From contig CAXXNF010000001.1 of NCBI GenBank assembly GCA_963666365.2, positions 1,216,001 to 1,280,000 of the forward strand: a stretch of 64,000 bases of DNA. Direction: 5' to 3'. The notes beneath the pieces were generated by a model. It was not told the origin of the DNA, ran no database searches, and worked only from the letters and a program-made list of their open reading frames with translations. The position numbers and the translations under genes are program-made. This DNA is from Syntrophales bacterium. Its GTDB lineage: Bacteria; Desulfobacterota; Syntrophia; Syntrophales; UBA2210. The number at the start of each line of letters is the position of its first letter. The stretch's first letter is position 1. Below, in pieces: positions 46,244 through 56,212 of this stretch.

Positions 46244-46939
46244 TCAGGGCAATTTTCTTTCTCCCTCCGCAAGGGCCTCAAGGCCTTTGCGGTTTTCAAT
46301 TTTAATGCGGGCACCATGGCCTTCGATCAGGCCCGCCTCTTCCATTCTCGCGAGAATTCGGGAAAGCGTCTCGGGAGTGGTCCCCAAAAAGCTCGCCAGA
46401 TTGCCCTTTGACATGTCAAGGACAACCATGTCCCTGTCCGGCTGCTGCGCTTCCAGAAAGAGGAGATATGCGGCAAGCCGCCCCGGCGCCTCGCGCAGAG
46501 AAAGCCCCTCGATCACCCGCACAAAACGTCGCAGGCGAAGAGAAAGCACCCCGAGCATGGCCATTGCAAACGAGGGGTCGTCGCCGATAAGACCGATCAA
46601 CGATTCGCGGCCGACAAAGAGAAGGCGACCGGCCTCGAAGGCCTCGGCATAGGCGGGAAAGGCCGTCCCCGAAAAGAGGGCGCCCTCGCCGACGGTTTCT
46701 CCCGGGCCGGCGAGATGGAGGATCTGTTCCTTCCCCTCGGGGGAAAGCTTATAAATTTTGACCCGCCCCTCCAGCACCATATAAAGACCGCCTGCCCTCT
46801 CCCCCTCCGAAAACACCGCCTGGCCCCCGGCATAGGAACGGACCAGGGCGATCTTCGCCAGCCGCTCCCGCTGGGCGGAAGAAAACCCCGAAAAGAGGGG
46901 AACGGAAGATATATGCTGAAGAATATTATTCCGGTTCAT
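46244..46939 (-). CDS. Crp/Fnr-family transcriptional regulator (HcpR/Dnr-like)
   Basis: G.VKIYK.S.EGKEQIL, GE..LF and recognition helix GTTPETLSR. Confidence 0.92.
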   Translation of the reverse strand: MNRNNILQHISSVPLFSGFSSAQRERLAKIALVRSYAGGQAVFSEGERAGGLYMVLEGRVKIYKLSPEGKEQILHLAGPGETVGEGALFSGTAFPAYAEAFEAGRLLFVGRESLIGLIGDDPSFAMAMLGVLSLRLRRFVRVIEGLSLREAPGRLAAYLLFLEAQQPDRDMVVLDMSKGNLASFLGTTPETLSRILARMEEAGLIEGHGARIKIENRKGLEALAEGERKLP

Positions 46940-47131
46940 TCGACTGAGAGTTTTTTGCGCTGCCCGGACAGTCTGTCGTTAATGAGTTTCAAGACATGGA
47001 AATGATCACCCACTGGTTGCCTTCGTAAGATGACAAGATACAGCACTGATATATGCGGAAGACATATACATGGTGATGGATGCAACCCATGAAAATCTGA
47101 AAATCCGGGGTACATGCCGGATCAATTTATC

Positions 47132-47416
47132 TTAGCCCGATCTCGAGTAATGGACAGCTACCTGGTCCCCGTAAATATACACTCGTGTCACCGAATAACC
47201 GTTATTCCTATAGCACTCGGGAATATTATAGGTGATCGTAAATTCGGGATCGGGAATATTGCCCGTCATACCCTGGGCATCAAGATCCTGACGGATGCAG
47301 GAATACTGATCCGCAACGGCCTGTGGCGTGCTGAAAAGCCACATCATCAGCATCGATGCAGCCAGCGCCCCGGCCAGAAAATACGATATCCCCCGAAATC
47401 GTTTTATTGTTTTCAT
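47132..47416 (-). CDS. Small secreted hypothetical protein (two Cys)
   Basis: AAGGAGG RBS and a signal peptide ending QAVA. Confidence 0.6.
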   Translation of the reverse strand: MKTIKRFRGISYFLAGALAASMLMMWLFSTPQAVADQYSCIRQDLDAQGMTGNIPDPEFTITYNIPECYRNNGYSVTRVYIYGDQVAVHYSRSG

Positions 47417-47523
47417 GGCTGCCCTCCTTTGAGCGGTTTTCACTGTACAGGTAAAATTATTGCACGGGATTTCCGGTTTTTTCAACTATAAAAGCAACAT
47501 GTCAGCCTGATGAACGATATTTT

Positions 47524-47537
47524 TTGACATACATCAA
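47524..47537. promoter_or_regulatory. FNR/HcpR-type operator
   Basis: TTGA-CATACA-TCAA palindrome about 85 nt upstream of the Fe-S gene, near a Crp/Fnr gene. Confidence 0.65.
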
Positions 47538-47620
47538 AGCACTTCGCCTCAGGAATGATTATTGTACGAACAACAGTGCAGGGACCGACAGGGAACAGTA
47601 CATCGAAAGGGGAAGACGCC

Positions 47621-48370
47621 ATGAAGATACGAAGAAAAATCATTACCATAGATGAAGAAAAATGCGACGGCTGCGGGCTCTGCACCGAGGCGTGCAGTGA
47701 AGGCGCCATCAGGATCGAAGGCGGCAAGGCCAGGCTGATCGCCGAAAAATATTGCGACGGCCTCGGCGCCTGTCTGGGAGAATGCCCGCAGGGTGCAATC
47801 ACCATCACCGAGCGGGATGCGGAGGCCTTTGACGAGATCGCCGTGGAGGCCCACCTGCAACAGCACGTGGCGCCTGTCGCCGACGCGTTACCCATGGCCT
47901 GCGGTTGTCCCTCCTCCCATATCGAGACCTTTTCACGCCCCTCTGCAGGCGACGCACCACCACTATGTGCCGCAGCACCTCGAGGCGGCTCATCGGAACT
48001 CACCCACTGGCCCGTCCAGATCAGGCTCGTGCCCCCCACGGCGCCGTTCCTTGAAAACGCCGATCTTCTTGTAGCGGCCGACTGCACGCCGGTGGCCTGC
48101 GGGCGGTTTCAGGAGGACTTCGTGAAGGGACGGACAGTGATGCTGGGATGTCCCAAATTCGACGATGTCGAGGACTACGTGGAAAAATTCGCCCGGATAT
48201 TTCAGCAGGCGCACATTCGAAGCATCGTCGTCCTTGTCATGGAGGTTCCCTGCTGTCAGGGACTGCCGATCATTCTTCAAAGGGCCATGGCGCTCTCGGG
48301 AAAGCGGATTCCCGTGGAAAGGGTGGTTGTGTCAACCCGGGGCGAAATTGTGGAAAAACAGACACTATGA
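47621..48370 (+). CDS. 4Fe-4S dicluster protein with Cys-rich C-terminal domain
   Basis: CDGCGLC...C.EGAI, CDGLGACLGECP, CGCPS, WPVQ..L, ADC, GCPK.D and MEVPCC. Confidence 0.88.
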   Translation: MKIRRKIITIDEEKCDGCGLCTEACSEGAIRIEGGKARLIAEKYCDGLGACLGECPQGAITITERDAEAFDEIAVEAHLQQHVAPVADALPMACGCPSSHIETFSRPSAGDAPPLCAAAPRGGSSELTHWPVQIRLVPPTAPFLENADLLVAADCTPVACGRFQEDFVKGRTVMLGCPKFDDVEDYVEKFARIFQQAHIRSIVVLVMEVPCCQGLPIILQRAMALSGKRIPVERVVVSTRGEIVEKQTL

Positions 48371-48517
48371 CAGGAGCTTTGCACCATTCCCTCGGGCGTC
48401 ACTCTCGTCATGGGGGCAAACGGTCTTACCTGCACGGACACGTGCATCGTTCTGCATCATCATGCAGCTCCTGTGACGTATTTCATCAGAAAGGCCGCAG
48501 AAATGGCCCTGTTGACG

Positions 48518-48997
48518 TCACGGCTCGAGTTGCGCCTTTTTGATTTCCTTCAGTGCCTTTGGAATCGTGTCCTTGGGACTGACTTTATACCAGGCGTTTC
48601 TCACCCTTCCGTTCTCGCCTATCAGAAAGGAAGAGCGGATTATGCCCATGAATTTTTTCCCGTACATATTTTTTTCGCCCCACACATCGTAGGACCGGGC
48701 AACGTGGCGATCTTCATCGGCAAGCAGAGGAAATCCCAGTGCCTCCTTGTCGTCGAACTTCTTCTGGGCCGACGGGGCATCGGGACTGATGCCGATTACC
48801 GAGACCCCCAGAGACTCAAGCTCATCTTTGGCATCCCGCACCGCCCGGGCCTGGGTGGTACATCCCGACGTGCCCGCCTTCGGATAAAAGTAGATCAGCA
48901 GCTTGCGCCCCTTGTAGTCGGATAGTCTGACCATGTGTTCGTTCTGATCGTTAAGCGCGAAATCGGGCGCCCTGTCTCCCCGCTTGAGCTGAGCCAT
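48518..48997 (-). CDS. bcp: BCP/PrxQ peroxiredoxin (1-Cys form)
   Basis: APDF.L.DQ, YFYPKA.T.GCT.QA, GISPD and RS.FLI. GGAGG RBS. Confidence 0.92.
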   Translation of the reverse strand: MAQLKRGDRAPDFALNDQNEHMVRLSDYKGRKLLIYFYPKAGTSGCTTQARAVRDAKDELESLGVSVIGISPDAPSAQKKFDDKEALGFPLLADEDRHVARSYDVWGEKNMYGKKFMGIIRSSFLIGENGRVRNAWYKVSPKDTIPKALKEIKKAQLEP

Positions 48998-49001
48998 CGC
49001 T

Positions 49002-49628
49002 TCACCTCCCTTGAATAGAGTTGTCAGCGGCCAGGTACTCGTCAAGATAGCGGATGATATCCTGTTCTCGGCCGAAATAAAAGTGGTCGGCGCCATCGAC
49101 CACTGAAAGCAGGCCCCCCGCGCGGGGGGCCTCGTTGCGCAACACATCGAGGGGGCAGAATTGATCCCGGTCGCCGCATATGATAAGCCCGCATTTTCCT
49201 GAAAGGGTCGCAAGATCGAAGGGAACATACTCGATGGGCGGCGACACCATAATACAATCGGCAAAGACCGCCCCTCCGGAGAGAACCCGCGAGTTCACCC
49301 AGGCGCCGAAGGAATACCCCGACAGGATAATGTCGCCGATCCCCTTCTCTTCCAGAAAGGACCGCGCGCCCCTGACATCCTCCTGCTCTCCGATGCCGTT
49401 ATCGAAGCGCCCCTCGCTTCTGCCGACCCCTCTGAAATTGAAGCGGAGCGTCGCATATCCCCGTCCCTGAAAAGCGGCAACCATGGCTTCCACCACGTTG
49501 TTGTGCATGCTGCCCCCCATCTGGGAATGGGGATGGGTAATCAGTGCCCCGCCGGTGCCGGCGCCGGATTGGTAGAACCCTTCAAGAGATAGTGATCCGC
49601 TTTTAAACCACACCTTCTCTTCGTTCAT
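49002..49628 (-). CDS. Alpha/beta hydrolase
   Basis: HPH..MGGSM.N.VV, RFNFRGVG.SEG, GYSFG, D.F and ADHF. Confidence 0.88.
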   Translation of the reverse strand: MNEEKVWFKSGSLSLEGFYQSGAGTGGALITHPHSQMGGSMHNNVVEAMVAAFQGRGYATLRFNFRGVGRSEGRFDNGIGEQEDVRGARSFLEEKGIGDIILSGYSFGAWVNSRVLSGGAVFADCIMVSPPIEYVPFDLATLSGKCGLIICGDRDQFCPLDVLRNEAPRAGGLLSVVDGADHFYFGREQDIIRYLDEYLAADNSIQGR

Positions 49629-49640
49629 GATCATCATCCT

Positions 49641-50948
49641 TTATACGAGATAGAGATCCTCCGCCTGGCGCAGCAGTTCTTCCCTGAAATCGGGGTGCGC
49701 GATGCCGATGATGGCAAGGGCCCGCTCTCTGGTTGACTTCCCCTTAAGGTTGACGGCGCCGTATTCGGTCACCAGATAATGTACATCCATCCGGGGCGTG
49801 GTCACCACCGTTCCCGGCGCGAACCGGGGAACGACACGCGAAACCGCGCCCTTCTCCGCCGTGGAATAGAAGGCGAGCATGGATTTTCCATCTTTGGAAT
49901 TGAAGGCGCCTCTCACAAAATCGAGCTGCCCCCCCGTACCGCTGTACTGCGCTCCGGCCAGAAATTCCGCGTTTGCCTGCCCCAGAAGATCCACTTCCAA
50001 TATGGAGTTGATGGAAATCATGCGGTCGTTTCGTGCAATTACGGACGGGTCATTGGTATAGGAGACGGCATAACTCTCCATACTGGGATTGTTGTCCATA
50101 AATTCATACATGCGGGTGTCCCCCTGGGCTACAGTAAACACGTTTTTCAACGGATGAAGGGTTTTTCTCCGCCCCGTCACCACCCCCTTCTCAATAAGGT
50201 CCACCATGCCGGGAACGAAGAGTTCCGTGTGAATACCCAGATCCTTGTGGTCGGTAAGATAGGCCGTAATCGCATTGGGAATCGCCCCGAAACCAAGCTG
50301 AAGCGTTGCACCATCGGGAACCATCTCGGCGATGATGCCACCTATCGTTTCGGCCTCCGGTTTCGCATCGCCGAGACCCATCTCCAGCAACGGCCGGGTA
50401 TTTTCAATCACGGCATCCACTTCCGAGATGTGAAGAAGGGAGTCGCCGAATACACGGGGCATCCGTTCATTGACCTCAACAATAAGCCGCTCGCAATGAC
50501 GGGCCGCGGTGGAGGTGAAATCATTCGCCGTGCCGAAGCTGAAAAAGCCTGCCTTGTCCATAGGGGATACCGTCGTGACCATGCAGTCAATTTCCATGAA
50601 CTCTCGACAGAGACGGGGAACCTGGTGAAAGTAGTTGGGAATAAAATTATCGAGACCCACCCTCACCATGCCTCTGTCCTGGACGCTGACAAACCAGGTA
50701 TAGGCTTCTATGCAGTCGCTCAGTTCCGGCGCCAGCACCGTCGATGCGGCATGTGCGAGGGGAAGCAAAGAATAGACCTTTATTCCCCTGAGATCGCCGG
50801 CCCGCGCCCGTTCAGCAACTGCCGCAAGCAGAGCGGGCGGTTCGGCGATGCTCAGCCCGTGGACGAGCGTATCTCCGTTTTGTATCGCCGCAACGGCCTT
50901 CTCGGCCGTGGTGAGCTTGCTGCGGTATTCCGCGTAATAGTCTCCCAT
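49641..50948 (-). CDS. Acetyl-CoA hydrolase/CoA-transferase (4-hydroxybutyrate CoA-transferase-like)
   Basis: EVN..MPR, LQLG.G.IPNA, catalytic GIHTE, SG.GGQ.DF, TEYG and IAHPDFR. Confidence 0.93.
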   Translation of the reverse strand: MGDYYAEYRSKLTTAEKAVAAIQNGDTLVHGLSIAEPPALLAAVAERARAGDLRGIKVYSLLPLAHAASTVLAPELSDCIEAYTWFVSVQDRGMVRVGLDNFIPNYFHQVPRLCREFMEIDCMVTTVSPMDKAGFFSFGTANDFTSTAARHCERLIVEVNERMPRVFGDSLLHISEVDAVIENTRPLLEMGLGDAKPEAETIGGIIAEMVPDGATLQLGFGAIPNAITAYLTDHKDLGIHTELFVPGMVDLIEKGVVTGRRKTLHPLKNVFTVAQGDTRMYEFMDNNPSMESYAVSYTNDPSVIARNDRMISINSILEVDLLGQANAEFLAGAQYSGTGGQLDFVRGAFNSKDGKSMLAFYSTAEKGAVSRVVPRFAPGTVVTTPRMDVHYLVTEYGAVNLKGKSTRERALAIIGIAHPDFREELLRQAEDLYLV

Positions 50949-51371
50949 GGGTCGCCTCCTTGTTTACCGCATTATAGTTAATGATTGATTGTCAGGTGTC
51001 AACAAAATAATCTGCGGGAGCTAAGCGCGGCCTACTAGGGCTCTTTTATAAAAAACTTTACAAACAAAATGTGCCAATCCTTTTCAAAGTAGGATGCTTC
51101 AAAGTACAGAAGGCGACACATGGTAAACACGGGGCGAAGCCCAGAAGGAATTGCATTGAGCAAAAAGGGCCTGAACAGTGTGACTCCCATATTCACTCCC
51201 GTTCTATCTCAAAGAGGCTGAGTAATCGCTTCAGTATAATTCCTCTGCCACAGTCATGCGAGGAAGAGACTATATGTTGGAACAAAGTTCTTGACATATC
51301 TGTTTGTTGTTAAGAATATCCCCGATTATTTTACCAGCATTTTATTTGTCGTAAGAAACAAAGGACTTGCA

Positions 51372-52283
51372 ATGATGACAGCTAGAATGAATGAGGACCT
51401 GATTAGAGAGAACAAACAGTTGCAAAGACAGATTAATGAATTAAAATCATTGATTAAATGTCCATTTGACAATGACGAACATAATATTCAGAAACTTCCT
51501 ATAGAATTAATCGCAGAAACAGCTCAAGAGACTATTGTGGTGATACAAGATGAAAGATACATGTATGCCAATAAAAGAGCTGCAGAAATAACTGGTTATT
51601 CGGTTGAAGAAATGTATAGCAAACATCTCAGAGATATAGTGTATCATGAAGATTATGATAAGGTAATATCCAGTAATATTAAAAGGATAAATGGATATAA
51701 AATAAAATACCGGCACAGGATTATTGATAAAAAAGGACAGATGAAGCATCTGGAGAGCTTCGGAATAGGCATCTTATGGGAAGGACAACCAGCAACCTTG
51801 TGTTTTCTAAACGACATAACCGCTCAAATTAATGCAGAAAATGCATTACGCAAAAATTCACAGATACTGGAACAGACAAACACCGCCTTAAACGTATTGT
51901 TGAAACATCGGGAAGAGGATCTAAACGATGTCGAAGAAAAGGTGATAAATAATATCAATAAACTCATTCTTCCATACCTAGAAAAAGTGAAGGCGTTTCC
52001 CTTGAACTCTGATGTTGCCTCTTATATAGATATTATCGAAAGACATGTACATGAAATTACATCTCCTTTTTTGCAAAAGCTGTCCCGACAATTTTTAAAT
52101 CTTACGCCTCGAGAAATTCAAATAGCTTCTTTGATTAGAAGTGGCAAGCCAACCAAAGAAATCAGCACAATAATGAACATTGCAATCAGCACAGTAGATA
52201 ATCACAGAAAAAGCATTCGGAAAAAACTGGGATTAAAATCTAAAAAAGACAATCTTCAATCCTTTCTCATGTCACTTAAGTAA
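51372..52283 (+). CDS. PAS plus LuxR-HTH transcriptional regulator
   Basis: PAS (YAN..A..ITGYS.EE, DIT), NTALNVLL and HTH LTPREIQIA.LI..GK.TKEI.....HR..IRKKLG. Confidence 0.9.
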   Translation: MMTARMNEDLIRENKQLQRQINELKSLIKCPFDNDEHNIQKLPIELIAETAQETIVVIQDERYMYANKRAAEITGYSVEEMYSKHLRDIVYHEDYDKVISSNIKRINGYKIKYRHRIIDKKGQMKHLESFGIGILWEGQPATLCFLNDITAQINAENALRKNSQILEQTNTALNVLLKHREEDLNDVEEKVINNINKLILPYLEKVKAFPLNSDVASYIDIIERHVHEITSPFLQKLSRQFLNLTPREIQIASLIRSGKPTKEISTIMNIAISTVDNHRKSIRKKLGLKSKKDNLQSFLMSLK

Positions 52284-52381
52284 CAGCTATATCATATAGC
52301 TAATATTATACCAATATTGGCTTATTGCCTTTTCTATTCCCATATGCTCATACTCACCGAAACATTACTAGAGGTGAGATT

Positions 52382-54049
52382 ATGGAGTATAGGTCATGGC
52401 ATAAGCATTATGATTTTAACGTCCCTCCATCAATTCGATACCCCCGCATACTCGTGCAAGATCTAATTCAAATCCCGGCAAATACATATCCAGACAAACC
52501 GGCACTTATTTTTGAAGGCCGAGAAATTAATTACTGGGAGCTGAGGCAACAGACACTTCGATTTGCGAATGCATTATCTCGATTGGGAATCAGCAAGGGA
52601 GAGAGGGTCGGGATTCATTTACCTACCTGCCCTCAATATATTATAGCCTATTATGCTGTCCTGTCACTGGGAGCGATCGTTGTTAATTTGAACCCTCTCT
52701 ATACCGTAGAAGAGTTGCAAGGCACAGCACATGCGACGGGAATGTCGTCTCTTATTACTTCGGATATGTCACTTGCCACATCTCGCATTCTTGCCAAATC
52801 GGCTGACATCAGAAAGGTTGTTGTGACCAGGGTTTCCGATTATGCAGGGAATCGAGTACATTCATCAGAATCATCCCTGGAACTCGAACCCGGATGGCAT
52901 TTGTTTGATAAAATCCTTGAAAGCTGCAGCGATACACGAAAGCCTCGCGTGAATGTGAATTCGGGAGATATCGCCGTGATTCAATTTACTGGGGGAACCA
53001 CAGGCATTCCAAAGGGCGCCATGTTAAGTCATGAAAACATTATTGCCGCAACAGTGCAGTACTCTTTCTGGCTATCTTCGCTTTTACAGCTTATCCCACC
53101 GGAACGTCGTTCAGTTCTGGTTATTCTGCCTCTTTATCACGTATATGGGAATCTGGTGATGAATTGGTCTATTTTCAATTGTGCCATGCAGATTCTGGTG
53201 CCCCGATTTCAGATTGACGAACTGATAGATCTGATGGCGGGTTTTAAAGAAATATCCTTTTTCCCAACAGTGGCAACCGTGGTGAGCGCGCTCCTTAACC
53301 ATCCCAAAATCGACCCTTTGAATCTGGGAAAAAAATTAACCTACATCAATTCAGGAGGTGGTCCCACTGCACTGAGTCTGATAGAAAAAATAGAGGATAT
53401 GGGCCTGTATTGCAGCCAAGGGTGGGGCATGAGTGAAACAGCGGCACTTGGCACAAATAACCCTATTTTTGGTCCCAAAAAGGTCAACAGCATTGGAATA
53501 CCTTATCCTGATACAGATATAAGGGTTGTAGACCTGGAAAATGGCGCCGATGATGTCCCCAGGGGCAAACCGGGTGAAATTATAATAAAGGGGGCTACTG
53601 TAATGAAGGGATATTGGAATAACCCTGAAGGTACTGCGGAACAGATGAAAGACGGGTGGCTCTACACGGGAGACATTGCCATTCAGGACGACGACGACTT
53701 CTTATATATAGTGGATCGCAAAAAGGATATGATCATCTCTGGCGGATTCAACATATATCCGAGAGAAGTGGATGAAGCACTATTCCAGCATCCTAAGATC
53801 GAATTTGCTGTTGCCGTGGGGATTCCCGATGATTACCGGGGCGAGACCGTAAAAGCCTTCATTGTCTTAAAAAAGGGAGAAAAGGCCACCGAAAAGGAAA
53901 TTATCACCTTTTGTAAGGAAAAACTTGCTCCCTATAAGGTGCCCAGATTTGTTGAATTTCGAGAATCGCTGCCGCAATCTTCGGTAGGAAAGGTGCTTCG
54001 CAAAGAGCTGAGAGCTGAAGAGGAGGCAAGGTTAAAACGAACAAGATAA
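52382..54049 (+). CDS. Long-chain fatty acid-CoA ligase (FadD-like)
   Basis: FTGGTTGIPKG, GWGMSE, GWLYTGD, DRKKDMI..GG.N.YPRE and VGK.LR. Confidence 0.93.
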   Translation: MEYRSWHKHYDFNVPPSIRYPRILVQDLIQIPANTYPDKPALIFEGREINYWELRQQTLRFANALSRLGISKGERVGIHLPTCPQYIIAYYAVLSLGAIVVNLNPLYTVEELQGTAHATGMSSLITSDMSLATSRILAKSADIRKVVVTRVSDYAGNRVHSSESSLELEPGWHLFDKILESCSDTRKPRVNVNSGDIAVIQFTGGTTGIPKGAMLSHENIIAATVQYSFWLSSLLQLIPPERRSVLVILPLYHVYGNLVMNWSIFNCAMQILVPRFQIDELIDLMAGFKEISFFPTVATVVSALLNHPKIDPLNLGKKLTYINSGGGPTALSLIEKIEDMGLYCSQGWGMSETAALGTNNPIFGPKKVNSIGIPYPDTDIRVVDLENGADDVPRGKPGEIIIKGATVMKGYWNNPEGTAEQMKDGWLYTGDIAIQDDDDFLYIVDRKKDMIISGGFNIYPREVDEALFQHPKIEFAVAVGIPDDYRGETVKAFIVLKKGEKATEKEIITFCKEKLAPYKVPRFVEFRESLPQSSVGKVLRKELRAEEEARLKRTR

Positions 54050-54115
54050 TATTTTCATTATGGTATGAGCATTAAAGCAACAAAGGATGGTTAGCACTAA
54101 CAAAAGGAGGAACAA

Positions 54116-55471
54116 ATGGTAAAAAAAAGATTTGAGTGTTCAAAGAATGTTTTTTGGTCTGTGATGTGTATCTTTCTTCTGATGGGGTTTTTAATTACCG
54201 ATTCGGTGTGGGCTATGCCAAGCTTTGACCCTAGTAAAATGTCTGACATGTCAGATTTTGATCCCAACAATCCAGTTGAGTACTCTGGAGACACTGTCAA
54301 AATAGGACTCATGGACACGTTCTCCGGTCCGGCTGCGGGCACTGGGTATCTCTATTGGTTGACATCGCACTGGGTTGCCCATGATCTCAACAAGAGAGGG
54401 GGCATCATGATTGATGGGAAACTGAAAAAAATACAGATCATCAAAGGCGATACCCAGGCAAAGCCGGCAGTAACAAAGAAAATTGCAGAAAAACTCTGCC
54501 TCATCGACAAGGTTGATGTGTTATGGGGACCGTCAGGGAGTCATCTCGCACTGGTTATGCAGACTGTTGCAAAAAAATACAAAATTATCTATCAGAACCC
54601 CCATAATCAGGCGGATGGCACTATGGATGGGGTAAATTTCAATAGATATACGTTTCGCACCTGTCTGAATTCAAGCATGTTCGGTCTTGCTATGGCCTAC
54701 TATTATTCCAAGCAGCCTGTAACAAAATTTTACATTTTGTGTCAGGATTATTCCTTTGGTCATGAAATGGCAGATCGCTTTAAGAACGGATTGAAAAAGT
54801 ATAAACCGGATGCCGTCATTGTTGGAGAGGAATATCACCCACTCTTTATGAAAGACTTTGCGCCTTACATGACAAAAATCAAAGGAACTGATGCACAGGT
54901 GATTTACACGGGAGACTGGATGCCTGACGGTCCTAATCTGATCCGTCAATCTGTGGAAATGGGTGTCAATTTACCTGTGGCAAATCTTTACTGCGATGTG
55001 CCAGAAGCCTATCAGACCATTGGCGGAGAAGCAGGTCGAGGGCACATAAATGGTAACGATTATATGATCACTGTGGACACACCAGAAAACAAGTTTTTTG
55101 TGAAGCTATGGCATGAGCAGTGGAAGAAATGGGGAAGTCCTTATAATTCTGATCAGTATAAGCACCCTGGTGGCGTACTGGGATCAACATCAAACCAATA
55201 TTACTGGCTCTATAGTGTTATCGAAAGGGCCGGCACAACTGACCCTGAAAAGATCATTCAGGTATGGGAAGATGACGAATACAAAGGATTTACCGGTGTG
55301 ATGAAGATGCGGGCCTGTGATCATCAGGTGGTAAAGGATATGTTTGTCACTGAATTCGAATATCCCAATCCATGGTTTGAGAATGCTGCCTTTTACGGCA
55401 AAACTATGGTGATTCCCTCTGAGTATTGTACCCCTCCAGTTCCGCAGGATCTTGACCGGTGCAATAAGTAA
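54116..55471 (+). CDS. ABC transporter substrate-binding protein (LivJ/K-like), orphan; paralog of 28854-30215
   Basis: Shares DT.K.GL.D.FSGPAAG.G, KLCL.DKVD, FNRYTFR, QDYSFGH and HPLF.KDFAPY with the first copy. Confidence 0.9.
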   Translation: MVKKRFECSKNVFWSVMCIFLLMGFLITDSVWAMPSFDPSKMSDMSDFDPNNPVEYSGDTVKIGLMDTFSGPAAGTGYLYWLTSHWVAHDLNKRGGIMIDGKLKKIQIIKGDTQAKPAVTKKIAEKLCLIDKVDVLWGPSGSHLALVMQTVAKKYKIIYQNPHNQADGTMDGVNFNRYTFRTCLNSSMFGLAMAYYYSKQPVTKFYILCQDYSFGHEMADRFKNGLKKYKPDAVIVGEEYHPLFMKDFAPYMTKIKGTDAQVIYTGDWMPDGPNLIRQSVEMGVNLPVANLYCDVPEAYQTIGGEAGRGHINGNDYMITVDTPENKFFVKLWHEQWKKWGSPYNSDQYKHPGGVLGSTSNQYYWLYSVIERAGTTDPEKIIQVWEDDEYKGFTGVMKMRACDHQVVKDMFVTEFEYPNPWFENAAFYGKTMVIPSEYCTPPVPQDLDRCNK

Positions 55472-55573
55472 TCACTGGAGGAAAAAGTTTCCTTGCTACT
55501 TGTCCTGTTCGGATGTCTTCATTCTGACAGAACCGAACAGGACAGCCTTCTTCTCTGTCATTGCTCATTCCCA

Positions 55574-55948
55574 CTACGCCGCCTTCGGCAGATGCGGTTC
55601 TCGCCACGAATCGGGAGTCAGCGGCGCCATTCCCCAGGCGGCGCGGGCCTTGTCACAGCGAGGATTGTGCAGGCCGTTCTCCCAGGATGGGGAAAAGGAA
55701 CGGCAGATTGATGACCTGGAAGGATAGATGCTGCAGTAGACCGCAGACCCGATGGTCCCTTGAAGGGCGACACAACGGGGATTCGCACCCCGTGTCCCCC
55801 TCATAAGAACGCGAAACTCATCCATTTTCTCCGTAAGAGCCACGGGAACGCCGCCGGCGGTCCCCTCTTCGGTTTCAGCCCAGTAGAAGGATGCCCGGTA
55901 AAAGGCGCAGCAGGCGCCGCAGGTAAGGCAGGGGTTGACAATCTCCAT
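55574..55948 (-). CDS. YkgJ-family cysteine-cluster protein
   Basis: CLTCGACC...RC.AL....CSIY..R...CR.F...RC..AR. Confidence 0.88.
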   Translation of the reverse strand: MEIVNPCLTCGACCAFYRASFYWAETEEGTAGGVPVALTEKMDEFRVLMRGTRGANPRCVALQGTIGSAVYCSIYPSRSSICRSFSPSWENGLHNPRCDKARAAWGMAPLTPDSWREPHLPKAA

Positions 55949-56212
55949 ATAAAAGCCGCTCCTTCAGGACCGATGGTGAAAATCGCGCAGACTATACTCT
56001 TCTTTTTACAATTCACAAGCATTATTTTTATGATGCCGCCTTCGGGAACCCCCATGGTAACTCACTTCTTAACTGTAAAAATATAGTTGTGGTTTTCTCC
56101 TTCGGTTTCTGCTACAAAGCACCGCTTATATCTTGAAGGCATCTCAAGATAAAATGAAACACAGACATTGAATGCAGGTGCCGCAGAAGGCACTACTTTA
56201 TAAAGGTACACT

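Larger units (their letters stand above)
50990..55500. other. AT-rich island carrying the PAS-LuxR, acyl-CoA ligase and substrate-binding protein genes
   Basis: Visibly lower GC than the flanks (line 51421-51480 has 17/60 G+C) and A/T-ending codons. Boundaries are approximate. Confidence 0.7.
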
